The position numbers were made by a program, and so were the translations under genes. Under the pieces are notes generated by a model. It was not told where the DNA came from, searched no databases, and worked only from the letters and a program-made list of their open reading frames with translations. A stretch of 64,000 nt of DNA, from assembly GCF_963921235.1 (NCBI RefSeq), contig NC_086105.1, positions 113,894,001 to 113,958,000 on the forward strand. Reading direction: 5' to 3'. The stretch comes from Mobula hypostoma (taxonomy: Eukaryota). Below, piece after piece: positions 1 to 11,585 of the stretch. The stretch's first letter is position 1, and every line of letters starts with the position of its first letter.

Positions 1-2278
1 GTCCACTTTGCTTGAGTGTTTCCCTACAAAAAGGCTTCCAAAGATATCCTATATACAGGACAGAGGGTATTGATCTACTTGTAGTCCTGGGTTGATGGTG
101 ACCTTAAGATCACCAGAGATTCTGACACAACCATCCTTCTGGGCTACTGGGACCACAGCCATATCCCATTGGCCCCACTCAAACATGGAAAGAAATCCTT
201 CAGCCTCTATATGATCTAGCTCACTGGATACTTTATCACAGATGGCATAAGGAACCAGATAGGCTTTGTAAAACTTGGGTGTGGCATTTTCATTTAATAC
301 ACTCTTACCCTTGAAATATTTGAGTTTTTCAGTGCTATTCCTAAACACTGCTGTGATATCATCCAGTCCCTTTCTTAAATGACTTTCAGTTGACTCTATT
401 CCAGAGGATGTAGCATGCAAATTGTGGTGGATCTTGAATCAAATTGTAGTATTCCCAGACAATTAAGGCCCCACATACAAGCCCAATACGGCTTGTTGGT
501 TGTTGTATTTCACTGTTACAAATGTCATTCCCGCAGGATTTATTTTTTCTCAAGTACAAGTTCTTAGTTAGATATTTGCAGACTTCAGTATCTTTGAAAT
601 GCTGGGAAAAGTAATTTTGTAGAACGCTGAAACAGTCAAGCCACTGTCCAATTCCATTTTAATTAATTTGCGGCTCACTACTGATGTAAACCATATTGGT
701 TGTCTGTTGTTAGTTTTCACATGGTAGATCTCAAGGCTACTCAGTCCTGTGCCACTCGTATCATTATCACATATTTCATGCACAGCATGCAGATTATACT
801 CTTTTTGAAACTGGAAGTTTACTTTGTATATTCCCTGTTCAGTCGATTTATTTTTTTATCTGTCTGATATGCTCTTTACAGGTGCCCTACTTCATTACAT
901 TTTCTTCAAATTTTGCCTTTAATCCAGCATTGGTCTGGTGTATGTGAGCCTCTGCCATAATGGTAACTCAATTCGTTCAACCAGGCAGGTCTCTGTTCAG
1001 TCATTGCAATTTTGTTCACGTTCACTTTCATTCCTGACTGCAACTCAGTTGCGTGTCTGGCTGCTGTTGCCATTGATACAGGAGTTTCAACTGCTCCTTT
1101 ATATGTGAGTGGTGCTTCAGTTAGAGCCATTTTTGAATGTTTTCTTGTAAGATTCCACAAACGAAATGATTTCTCAGTCCATCATGGAACTGACAATGCT
1201 CAGACTATTTCTTTAGTTCAGCCATGCAAGCTGAAATGGGCCCCCCTTCTTCTTGATTTCACTCATGAATCCTAAAGCATCCTGCAATCAACAATGGTTT
1301 TGTTCTGATTGTTCCTACATTACATTCACAATATTTGCAAAGCTCACTTCAGTTCGTTTAGTTGGAGCAGACAAACTTCTAAGCAAACAGTATGCTTTTC
1401 TGCCTATTATATTCAGCGTGGCCAAGTGGTTAAGGCATTCGTCTAGTGATTTGAAGGTCGCTAGTTCGAGCCTTGGCTGAGGCAGCGTGTGTGTCCTTAA
1501 GCAAGGCACTTAACCACACATTGCTCTGCGACGACACCGGTGCCAAGCTGTATGGGTCCTAATGCCCTTCCCGTGGACAACATCGGTGGTGTGGAGAGGG
1601 GAGACTTGCAGCATGGGCAACTGCTGGTCTTCCATACAACCTCGCCCAGGCCTGTGCCCTGGAAGCATTCCAAGGCGCAAATCCATGGTCTCACGAGACT
1701 AACGGATGCCTAATCAATTCAGCAAAACTGGTATTTGCTTTTCTTTGGCTATCTTATTTGCTTTATAATATAGTTCAATTTGTTCAATATACATAATAGT
1801 TATCTTTCCCATGTAGCCAGCCATTTCTGCTTTTTATCCCTTTTATTATCACCCAGCACTCACGTTTATGAACCTGTGAATTTCATCCGTTTCTGCTTTT
1901 TTAAAAAACTTCACTTTCTTTCTCTTGCCCCTTGCAAGGAAAAAAAAACGTGCAGAACTTTTTTTTTACTTGAACACCTCACTGGGCTTCAACAGGTAGG
2001 TAGTCATCTCTGGTTTGTTTTAAAACTTACTCATCACCACTGTTACATTTTCTAACTCCAAAACAATAAAAGTAATTATAAAAAGCATGAAACCAGGGAT
2101 AATGTGCCTACTTACTTTTCACTTTAATGAGGCACACACTTATGTCGTAGTGGCATAATAATGTATGCCATTCATAAACTTTTACATATAACATGTAATT
2201 ATTTACATAAAGAATGCTTAATCAAACAGTATATTTACAATATTACTCACATATTATTGAAATATTAAATAGACAACA
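1..2278 (-). mobile_element. Ty3/Gypsy LTR retrotransposon, decayed 5' part (LTR, PBS, gag, protease, start of RT)
   Basis: Frameshifted gag from ATG 1824 (MAGYMGK...PVLLNIIGRKAYCLLRSL), zinc-knuckle relic HYGRGSHTPDQC, protease motif MELDSG, RT segment PVAQKDGCVRISGDLKVTINPGLQVDQYPL. Candidate LTR 2041-2278 has TGTT/AACA termini and is followed by PBS-like TGGTGATGAG. Confidence 0.88.
1418..1716 (+). mobile_element. tRNA-derived SINE (CORE-like body, RTE-like tail) inserted in Gypsy gag
   Basis: Box A tggccaagtgg, box B gttcgagcc, CORE-like gtgtccttaagcaaggcacttaacc; 7-bp TSD ATTCAGC at 1411-1417 and 1717-1723. Confidence 0.85.
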
Positions 2279-2751
2279 AATTTTAAGTTGCAGAAGATAT
2301 CCTGAGGATTCTCAATTTCATTCACGTTTCAGATCTCAGATTCTGGATTGTTGCAAAGAACAGGTGCAGTGTACAGTGCCATGCATTTGACAAAAAAAAT
2401 GATACATGGTTAATCATGTATTCAGTGTTAATCTGAGAAAGAAGTCTGAAAGTAGAACTGTAGTAAAATGGTAATATTCCCATGGAAATTAAGAAAATCA
2501 TCTCCGCCCCATATTAACTACATGACTGCATGCAAAGTGTGATTTTAATCAGAGTCCACAACAGAACCAATCTCAATGCAGAACAGCATCATGCAAGGCT
2601 GTCAATGCTCCAACACATTTCTTAATCTTCCTCACCTGCAGTATACAAGCTCACTTCCAACAAGTCTTATTCAATTGTGGATCCAACTTACAGGACAATT
2701 ATGAAATTATGAAACATTCAACTACTATCTTCACTTCAAAACCAAGGCAAC

Positions 2752-4236
2752 CTTCAGTCTCACCAACATACAGGAGACCACACCGGGAGCACCGGACACA
2801 GTAAATGACCCCAGTAGACTCACAGGTGAAGTGTCACTTCACCTGGAAGGACTGTTTGGGGGCCCTGAATGTTAGTGAGGGGAGGAGGTGTAGGATTCGT
2901 AAGGAGTAATCCCTGCAGAAAGCAGAAAGTGGGGGGGGGGGTGGGGGGAGGAGAAAGGGAAAGGTGCTCGGTGGTGGGATCCCATTGGAGATGGCAGAAG
3001 TTCTGGAGAATTATGTGCTGGTGGGCTGGTAGGTGAGCACAAGAGGAAACCTATCCCTGGTAGGATGGCAGGAGTATGGGGTAAGAGCAGACGTGCGTGA
3101 AATAGAGATGTGGTTGAGGGCAGTAGTGATGGTAGAGGAAGAGAAGCCCCCTTCTTTGAAAAAAGGAGGACATCTCCTTCAATCTGGAATGAAAAGCCTC
3201 ATCCCGAGAGCAGATGCGGTGGAGACTGAAAAATTGAAACCTTCTTTCACTGTGATCTCTGCTGCTCTGCAACTCTTCGACTATCACCCCATCAGGCTCC
3301 ACATCGAGCACATAATTCTCCAGAATATCTGCCATCTCCAATGGGATCCCACCACCAAGCACCACTCCACCCCCCACTTTCTGGTTTCCACAGGGATCGC
3401 TCCCTGCACAACTCCCTTGTCCATTTGACCCTCCCTACTGGCACTTATCCTTGCAAACAGATGTGCTACACTTGCCCCTACACCTCTTTCCTCACTACTA
3501 CTCAGGGCTCCAAACAGTCGTTCCAGGTAAGGCAAAATTTCACCTGACAGTCTGTTGGGGTCATATACTGTGTCCAGTGCTCCCAGTGAGGCCTGCAGTA
3601 TATCAGTGAGACCTGATGAGGATTAGGAGACAATTTCACTGAGCACCTACACTCCGTCCACCAGAAGAAATGGGATCTCCCAGTGGCCACCCATTTTAAT
3701 TCCACTTCCCATTAACATTACATGTCAATCTATGTCCTCCTCTACTGTCATGATGAGGCCATACTCAGGGTGGAGGAACATCTGATATTCCATCTGGGTA
3801 ACTTCCAACCTGATGGCATGAATGAACTTCGATTTCTTGAACATCTAGTAATGTCCCCCACCCCCATTCTCTCACCTTATCTCCTTGCCTGCCCATTGCT
3901 TCACTCTGGAGCTCCACCCCCTTTCCCTTCTTACATGGCCTTCTGTCCTCTTCTTATCGGACTCTCCCTTCTTCAGCCCTGTAATCTATTTCACCAACTT
4001 CTCAGCTCTTTACTTCATCCCCCCACCTCCCTCCCAGTTTCACCTATCATCTTGTGTTTCTTTCCCCTCCCCCACCTTTTAAATCTACTCATCTTTTTTC
4101 TCCAGTCCTGCCAAAGGGTCTCGGCCTGAAATGTTGACTGGACCGTTTCTCCCCCATAGATGCTGCCTGTCCTGCTGAGTTCCTCCAGTATTTTGTGTGT
4201 GTGCTTGGATTTTCCGGCATCTGCAGATTTTCTCGT
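2752..4236. mobile_element. Penelope-like element: minus-strand segment (~2752-3240) joined to a plus-strand 3' part (~3241-4236)
   Basis: GIY-YIG relic (FT*QSVGVIYCVQCSQ*GLQYISET**GLGDNFTEHL) near 3540-3650; 2970-3020 is the reverse complement of 3310-3355; pLTR end with hammerhead relic. Confidence 0.85.
4103..4140 (+). ncRNA. Degenerate minimal hammerhead ribozyme (CUGCCAA core variant)
   Basis: cagtc-ctgccaa-agggtctcggcct-gaaatgtt-gactg; A6 and G8 altered. Confidence 0.6.
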
Positions 4237-4274
4237 TTTTGGTCCAATCAGAAATTTATCGAGTTGCAACAATA

Positions 4275-5585
4275 CCTCACAGCCCTTGAACTCAGTCTCC
4301 CAAATAATGAAAGTTAACCACCATATGCATTCTTAACCACACTACCAACCTGTGCAGATACTTTGAGAGATCTATGTATGTGGACCCCAAGATCCCTCTG
4401 TTCCTCTACACTACTTAGAATCCTGCCATTATCCTTGTATTCTGCCTCCAAGTTGGACCATCCCAAGTGTATAATTTCACACTTTTCCAGACTGAATCCT
4501 ATCTGCCACTTCTCATCCTATCAATGTCCTGTTGTAACCCATAACAACCTTCTACACTATCCACAACTCCACCAACCTTCGTGTCATTTGCAAATTTACG
4601 AACCCATCCTTCTACTTCTCCATCCTGTTCAATTATAAAAATCACAATGAGCAGGGGTCCCAGAATAGATCCCCATGGAACACCTCAGATCGTTGACTTT
4701 CAGGCAGAATATGCTCATCTACTACCACAAGCTCCCCTTGGGCAAGACAAATTTGAATCCACTCAGCCAAGTTTCCCTGGGTCCCATGCCTCCTAACGTT
4801 CTGAATGAGCCGACTATGGGGAACCATGTCAAACACCTTACGGAAATCCATATACATCACATCAATTTGTTCTGTCACTTCCTTAAAGAATTCAATTATA
4901 TCTGTGAGCCATGACCTGCACCTCACAAAGCCACACTGACTATCCCTAATTGGACTATACTTTTCTGGATGCTTGTAAATCCTGTCTCTAAGAATCCTCT
5001 CCAATAATTTTGCCATCACTGACATTAGACTCACTGGTCTATATTATCCCGAGATTATTACATTTTTTGAACAAAGCAATAACACTTGCCACCATCCAAT
5101 CTTCCGGTGGCCAGCAAGTGCACCAAAATCATTGCCAAAGGCGCTGCAATCTCTTCCCATAGTAACCTGGGGTATACAGTATTCTGCCTGGCCCTGGGCA
5201 CTTATCAATCCTAATATTTTTCAAAGCTCCCACATGTCCTCTTTCTTAACATCAACATATTCTAGCATATCAGCCTTTTTTTTTTACCCTGTACTCACAA
5301 TTATCAGGGGCCCTTTCACTGATGAATATTGAAGCGAAAGTATTCATTAGTGACCTCCCTTACCTTTTTCAACTCCAGGCACATGATTCCTCTTTTATCT
5401 CTAATCAGTTCTATCCTAGTCATCCTTTTGTTCTTTATGAACGTGTAGAACACCTTGAGTTTTTCCTTAATCCTATTCACCAAAGCATTCTCATGCCCTC
5501 TTCTCGCTTTCCTAAATCCATTCTTAAGCTCCTTCCTGGCCTTCTAGTAACAGTCTAAAGCCCTATCTCATCCTTGCTTCCTTGA
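4275..5585 (-). mobile_element. CR1 LINE ORF2 remnant
   Basis: SLMSVMAKLLERILRDRIYKH...QCGFVRCRSWLTDIIEFF...YMDFRKVFDMVPH, CR1 RT motifs with frameshifts. Confidence 0.88.
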
Positions 5586-5587
5586 AA

Positions 5588-5810
5588 GGCCTAGATAGAG
5601 TGGACATGAAGAGGATATTTCCAATAGTGGGAGAGTCTAAGATCAGCGGACACAGTCTCAGAACATCCCTTTAGAAGAGATAGGATAAATTTCTTTAGCC
5701 AGAGCATGGTTAATCTGTAGAAGTAATTGTCACAGGCCGCTGTACAGGCCAAGTCATTGGGTATATTTAAAATAAACACTGATAAGACAAAGCTTGTGGG
5801 GAGAAGGCCA
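5588..5810 (+). mobile_element. CR1 3' fragment
   Basis: ctagatagagtggac...tttccaatagtgggagagtctaag...tttctttagccagag, similar to other CR1 3' ends in the window. Confidence 0.7.
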
Positions 5811-6159
5811 AGGTATAATAATCGATACTAGGTATAATAATCGATACTTATCCTTCCAGCTTATTTGGAGAAATTTGCTGATTTCATATTGATTCTATTT
5901 TGGACATAACTTTTTCAGTGCATTCAGATGTTGCTGTAATTGTCAGATCTATGGACCATGAGTTTGGTGTCCTAATATTTAAGTGCTCTTTCCTAGGGTG
6001 GCATGGTGAAACTTTGTCCGAAGACACTGCAGAGTTGCATGGCCAGTGTTCTAGAAGACCGTATTCTTGCAAATATTGACTGTAAAGCCCAGCCTCGTAT
6101 ACTTTATTAAATGAGTTAATATTTGGAGCTTGGATTCCAAATATGCACAAATGCCAGCA

Positions 6160-8000
6160 TTGTCAGAATCAGATTTATTATCACTGGCATTTATCGTGAA
6201 ACTTGTATGTGGCAGCAGTACATCACAGTACATAATAAAAACTGATATATATTTATTTTTTAATTAAATAAGTAGCAGAAAAAAAGAAAGAGTAATGAAG
6301 TTCAAAGCCCATTCAGAAATCTGATAGCTGAGGGGAAGAAACTTCCCTGAATCATTGAGTTGTGTGCTTTCAGGCTCCTGTACCTCCTCCCTGATGGTAG
6401 CAATGAGAAGAGGGCATGTCTTGGGTGAGGGAGGGGGGGTCCTTCATGATGGATGCTGCATTTTGAGGCATCACTCCTTGAAGATGCCTGGACACTGGGG
6501 AGGTTAGTGCCCATGTTGGAGCTGACTGAGTTTACAACTTTCTGCAGCTTATTTTGATCCTGTGCAGTGGCACCACCCCTCACCCATACCAGTGAGAATG
6601 CTCCCCAAGGTACATCTGTAGAAATTTGCAAGCTCCTTTGGTGACATACCAAATCTCCTCAAACTCCGAATGAAATATAGCTGCTGTTGTGCCTTCTTTG
6701 TAGCTGCATAAATATATTAGGCCCTGGATAGACTCTCAGAGATGTTGACAGTCAGGAACTTGAAACTGGTCATCCTTTCCACTTCTGATCCCTTGATTAG
6801 GATTTTACCCTTTCTGAAGTCCACAATCAACTCTTTGGTCTTACTGACGTTGAGTGCAAGATTGTTGCTGTGACACCACCCAACCAGCTGATCTACCTTG
6901 CTCCTGTACGCCTTCTCATAACCACCTGAAATTCTGCCAGCAAGAGTTTTGCCATCAGAAAAAAGTATAGATGGCATTTGAACTGAGCCTAGTCTCACAG
7001 CCAAGGGTGTAGACAGAGTATAGCAGTGGGCTAAGCACACATCCTAGAAGTACATCAGTGTTGATTATCAATGAGTTGGAATGTTATTTCCCATTTGCAC
7101 AGATGGAGGTCTTCTGGTGAGGAAGTCAAGAATCCAGTTGCAAAGGTAGGTATATAGTCCCAGGTTTTTGAGTTTCTTGATCAGACTGTAGGAATGATTA
7201 TGTTAAATACTGAGCCGTAGTCAATAAACGGCAGCCTGACACAAGTATTAGTATTGGCCAGGTGATCTAAGGCTGCGTGAAGAGCCAATGAGATCACATC
7301 TGTTGTAGACTTATTGTTGCGATAAGCAAATTGCAGTGGATCTAGGTCCTTACTCAGGCAGGAGGTAATTCTAGCCATAACCAATCTCTCTTCATCACCA
7401 TAGATGTGAGTGCTACAGGATGATAGTCATTAATGCAGATTACCCTGCTCCTCTTGGGCACTGGTATGATTTGTTGCCCTTTTGAAGCAGGTGGGAACTT
7501 CCAACTGTGGCAGTGAGAGATTGAAAACCTCTTTGAACACACCCACCAGATGGTTCACACAGGTTTTCAGAGCCCGCTTGCAAGATTCTCAACAGATCAC
7601 AGGGTCACCGGATGCTGCAGGTATCCTCATAGTTGTAGTTTTATTCTCCTTTTCAAAGTGTGTTTAAAAGATGTTTAGCCTATCTGGGAGTGAAGAATCA
7701 CTGCTATTCATAATGTTAGGTTTCACTTAGTAGGAACTAATGGCCTGCAAACCCTGCCAGAGTTGATATACATCCAACTACACCTCTAACGTCAATTGAA
7801 GTTGTACTTTTGCTCTTGTGATAACCCTCTAAGTTGTAACTGGCCTTCTTGTATAGCCCTGGATCACCAAACTTGAATGCCACAGGTCCAGCTTTCAGCA
7901 GGCTACGAATCTCCTGGTTCATCCACAATTTTTTATTCAGGTATGTATGTTGACTAATAAACCTGATTCTGATGTAAATTTGGATGATGTTGGTCAAACT
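6160..8000 (-). mobile_element. Rex-Babar (Rex1-like) LINE remnant
   Basis: NDYHPVALTS, LDPLQFAYRNNKSTTDVISLALH, LALNVSKTKELIVDFRK, SFFPSAIRFLN; short-repeat tail (tctga)n near 6163-6175. Confidence 0.88.
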
Positions 8001-8466
8001 TCTGGAATATCACCAGAGTTTTAACAGTTCCCTATTAATTCAAACAATTAATTTTACACTCATGGATTTTTTTTTGATGCTGAGGTACAATATTGCAGTA
8101 AGTCTGAGAGAATTATGCAGTTAGAATTAAAATTAAAATTAGACAGAAGACCCTTGAAGTAAAAAAAGGTTAAAAATGAAATGTTTGGGTGAGACAAAAG
8201 ATATATATAAGCAAGAACTCAAGAGACTCTGTAGATACTGGAAATCCAAGATAGCACTCAAAATACTGGGGAAACTCAGCACATCAGGCAGCATCAATGG
8301 AAAAGAGGATGAAAAAGCATCTAGAATAAGCATGTAGACTATCAAAATAAAGCGAAACTTCAATTTCTGTGTTACACAAATTGCCAAGGACATAAGGGAA
8401 TAGAAATAATTTATTTGGTAATTTTGTAAATGTAGACAAATTATGCATATTATGGTATTAAATGCT

Positions 8467-9044
8467 TCCCCTTCAGCCCGTAGAATGATCGCATTTCTTA
8501 CTTTAATGGCGAAAAGGTGTATTTTACGACATTGGAAAGAGCTTAATGCTCCAACTACCTTTTTTTGGTTCTCTCAGACGATTTTATGTTTGAATCTGGA
8601 GAAAATTAGAAGCAACCTTTATGATTCTTCATTTAAATTTGAACAGATTTGGGGACCTTTTATTCGATACTTTCATTTAATGTAATACATACCCTTCTTG
8701 TCTTTTTTCACTGTTTTTAAAGGAGGTCGGGATTGAGGACGTGATTTTAAGTTTAACTCTGTTTGGTTTCAAGTTAGCCCATTGCTTGGCTTTGCTTTTA
8801 GTTAGTTGCACGGTGGGTTTTTTTTTGGGGTTTTTTTTTTCTTTTTTTTTCCATTGATATATATATAAAATTTAGTATACTATTATGTTATCTTGGTTTT
8901 TTATGTTTAAATTACATTGTAGTATTTTTTTTGGTATTGATACCTTCTGGAATTCTATTATATTTTAACATTGTATTAATGTTTATATGGTTTACCTTTT
9001 TGTATACTTATTCAATAAAAAGATTTAAAAAGAAAGAAAGAAAG
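8467..9044 (+). mobile_element. 5'-truncated L1-clade LINE
   Basis: ORF2 C-terminus ...AKRCILRHWK...LNLEKIR...FEQIWGPF...*; T-rich 3' UTR, AATAAA 9014-9019, (AAAG)n tail, 8-bp TSD TAAATGCT at 8459-8466 and 9045-9052. Confidence 0.85.
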
Positions 9045-9655
9045 TAAATGCTATAACATAACTGACGAGGTACAGTAGTGCTGCTTTGATTCGATGAAAG
9101 TGCCATATTTCTGATTACACAACACATTTTTAGATGAGTTAGAAAACAACCAAATACAGGAATGCCAGATAAATTACAGGGCCATTACAAAAGGATAATT
9201 CAGACTGGTGTGAGACCCTACAAGGCACAGTTAAACTTGAATATTACAAAGCAATTGAGAGAACACCATAGGGCTGCCTCTTTGTTCCAGTAACATTGGT
9301 TTAGTCTCCAATTTGGGTGCTATCTGTATGGAGTCTGTCCCTTCTCTCTGAATATGGGGTGCAGGTTGGTGGTTTAACTGTCTGGGACAAATTGCCTCTA
9401 GTGTGTCATGGGGGGGTGGAGATAATCTTTGTGAATTACATGGGAGTAATGTTAGGATTAGGGTAACTAGGTGGTGAGGAAGGATGTAGATTGCAGTACC
9501 AATGGACTGGCCAGGTAGGCAAAAACATCCAGGACAAAACCAAGTATTTATTTATGGATTTGAGGGGGGAAAGCAATGTTGATCCACATATAATAAGATA
9601 GGATTCAAGAATCATCAAGAAGCCACTAGAGCAGCACAAGGCAGGGAAGCATAAT

Positions 9656-9875
9656 GCAAGGAAATCTGCAGATGCTGGAAATTGAAGCAACACACACAAA
9701 AAAACGCTGGTGAACGCAGCAGGCCAGGCAGCATCTATAGGAAGAGGTGCAGTCGACGTTTCGGGCTGAGACCCTTCCTCAGGACTGAAGGGTCTCGGCC
9801 CGAAACATTGACTGTACCTCTTCCTATAGATGCTGCCTGGACTGCTGCGTTCGCCAACATTTTTTGTGTGTGTTG
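9656..9875. mobile_element. Miniature fold-back Penelope-derived element
   Basis: Two pLTR ends in inverted orientation (~9687-9778 vs 9788-9875); perfect 13-bp TSD AGGGAAGCATAAT at 9643-9655 and 9876-9888. Confidence 0.9.
9750..9787 (-). ncRNA. Minimal type-I hammerhead ribozyme, intact core
   Basis: Reverse complement reads CAGUC-CUGAGGA-A-GGG(UCUCAG)CCC-GAAACGUC^GACUG: 5-bp stem I, CUGANGA and GAAA boxes, GUC cleavage triplet. Confidence 0.85.
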
Positions 9876-10539
9876 AGGGAAGCATAATACTTTTTTTTTT
9901 GTTTAGTCTATAATTTGCGAGATACAATGCCGCTAGTGTATGAAATAAAAGCTATAGTAATAGTTAAAGTTTGTGGACTGTTCTGGTCATTCCATTATTA
10001 GAAAGGTAGCAGGCAGAGACACACATTTGCAAGTATGTTGGCTGGTTGGGAGGTTTCTTTTAAATTAGTGAAAATTGTCTTCCCCTCTTTAGGGCAGAAT
10101 TAGACGGGTTTAATTAGAGGTATATTATGAGGCTCAAATGGGGTGAATAGGAAGGGCCTAATTCCTTTAGCAAAGCAATAATGCTTTGAGTAAATAAGTG
10201 GAAATACAGTGATTGGGGATTGTAACCTACTGTCTGAAAGAGCAGCAGAAGTGAAGATTTTCATCATGTGTAAAACATATTTGCATGAGCATTTGTCATA
10301 CTGAACCTTTTGGTTAAGAATCATGTGCTTAAAAATAGGAATACACATCCATTATTGTTTTTAAATGACTGTTACATAATGGGTTGAAAATATTCTCTCT
10401 AGACTACATATTGCAGTGATTCTGTGGAACTACTGCATCATTAATCAAGCTTCCATGGTGCCAAATGCCAATCAACTTATTACATCAATCCAGCATTCAC
10501 CCTGATGTAAACAGTGCTTTCTTTACCATATCCACTCTG

Positions 10540-11585
10540 CACTAATCACTAAGCTTCAAAACTTCAGCTTCTGTTCCTCCCTCTGTAACTGGATCCTTGA
10601 CTTCCTCATTGGGAGACCATGAATCAGAGCAGATTGGAAACAACATCATCTCCTCACTGACAAACACCAGCACATTGCAAGGATGTGTGTTTAGCCCACT
10701 GTTCTACTCTCTTTACATCCATGACCATATGGCTAGGAACAGCACAGATGCTATCTATAAATTCACTGATGACACAACCGTTACCTGCAGAATCTCATAT
10801 GGTGATGAGGAGGCATGCAGGAGTGAGAAAGATGCGTTGGTTGAGTGGTGTCACAACATCAACCTTGCACTCAGTAAGACCAAGGAACTGATTGTGGACT
10901 TTGGGAAGGAGAGTCAAGGAAAACACACCAGTCCTAACCAAGTGGTCAGCAGTGGAAACGGTGAGCCATTTCAAACTGATGAGAGTTAACATCTCAGAAG
11001 GTATACCCTGGGACCAACATACTGATGCAATTAGGAAGAAGGCATGCCAGTGGCTATATTTCCTTAGGACTTTGATGAGATTTCCTCATCAAAGACTCTC
11101 GCAAATTTCTAGAGATGCACCATGGAGAGCATTCTAACTGGTGGCAACCCCTCCTGGTATGGAGGGGTCACTGCACTGGATCAGAAAAGCTGCAGAGGAA
11201 TGTAAATGCAGTAGCCTCCAAACCATCGAGGGCATCTTCAAAGGGCAATGCCTCAAAAAAGTGGCACCCATCATTAATGACCCCCATCCACCCAGGACCA
11301 CCTTGTCTCATTACTACCATCAGAGAGGAGGTACAGGAGCCCAAAGACATTCACTCAACATTTTAGGAACAGCTTCCTTCCCTCTGCCATCAAATTCTAA
11401 ATGGACAATGAACCCACGAACATTAACTCACTACTTTTGCTCTGTGAGCACTACTTATTTAATTCTCTCTGTATATTTATTTGTTCTCATAATCTATGGC
11501 AATATTTTATGCATTGTACTGAATGGCTATCGCAAAACAACAAATTTCATGACATATGCCAGTGATAATAAATCCAATTCTGATA
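10540..11585 (+). mobile_element. Rex-Babar LINE 3' remnant
   Basis: LQGCVFSPLFYSLYIHD...IYKFTDDTTV...SKTKELIVDF; tail gataataaatccaattctga. Confidence 0.85.

Noticed and set aside
1413-1480. tRNA-like sequence
   Set aside because: SINE head; no complete acceptor stem, and it is followed by a SINE body and TSD.
5811-5848. 19-bp tandem duplication (similar ones at ~32429-32478 and ~58035-58066)
   Set aside because: Ordinary slippage or repair duplications; not a CRISPR-like array.
5989-6110. Possible plus-strand exon after tttcctag in unique sequence
   Set aside because: All frames stop soon, there is no convincing donor, and no protein is recognisable.
9436-9927. Recurrent peptide IDAAWPAAF (also 36760, 44127)
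   Set aside because: Translation of the non-coding Penelope pLTR, not a gene family.
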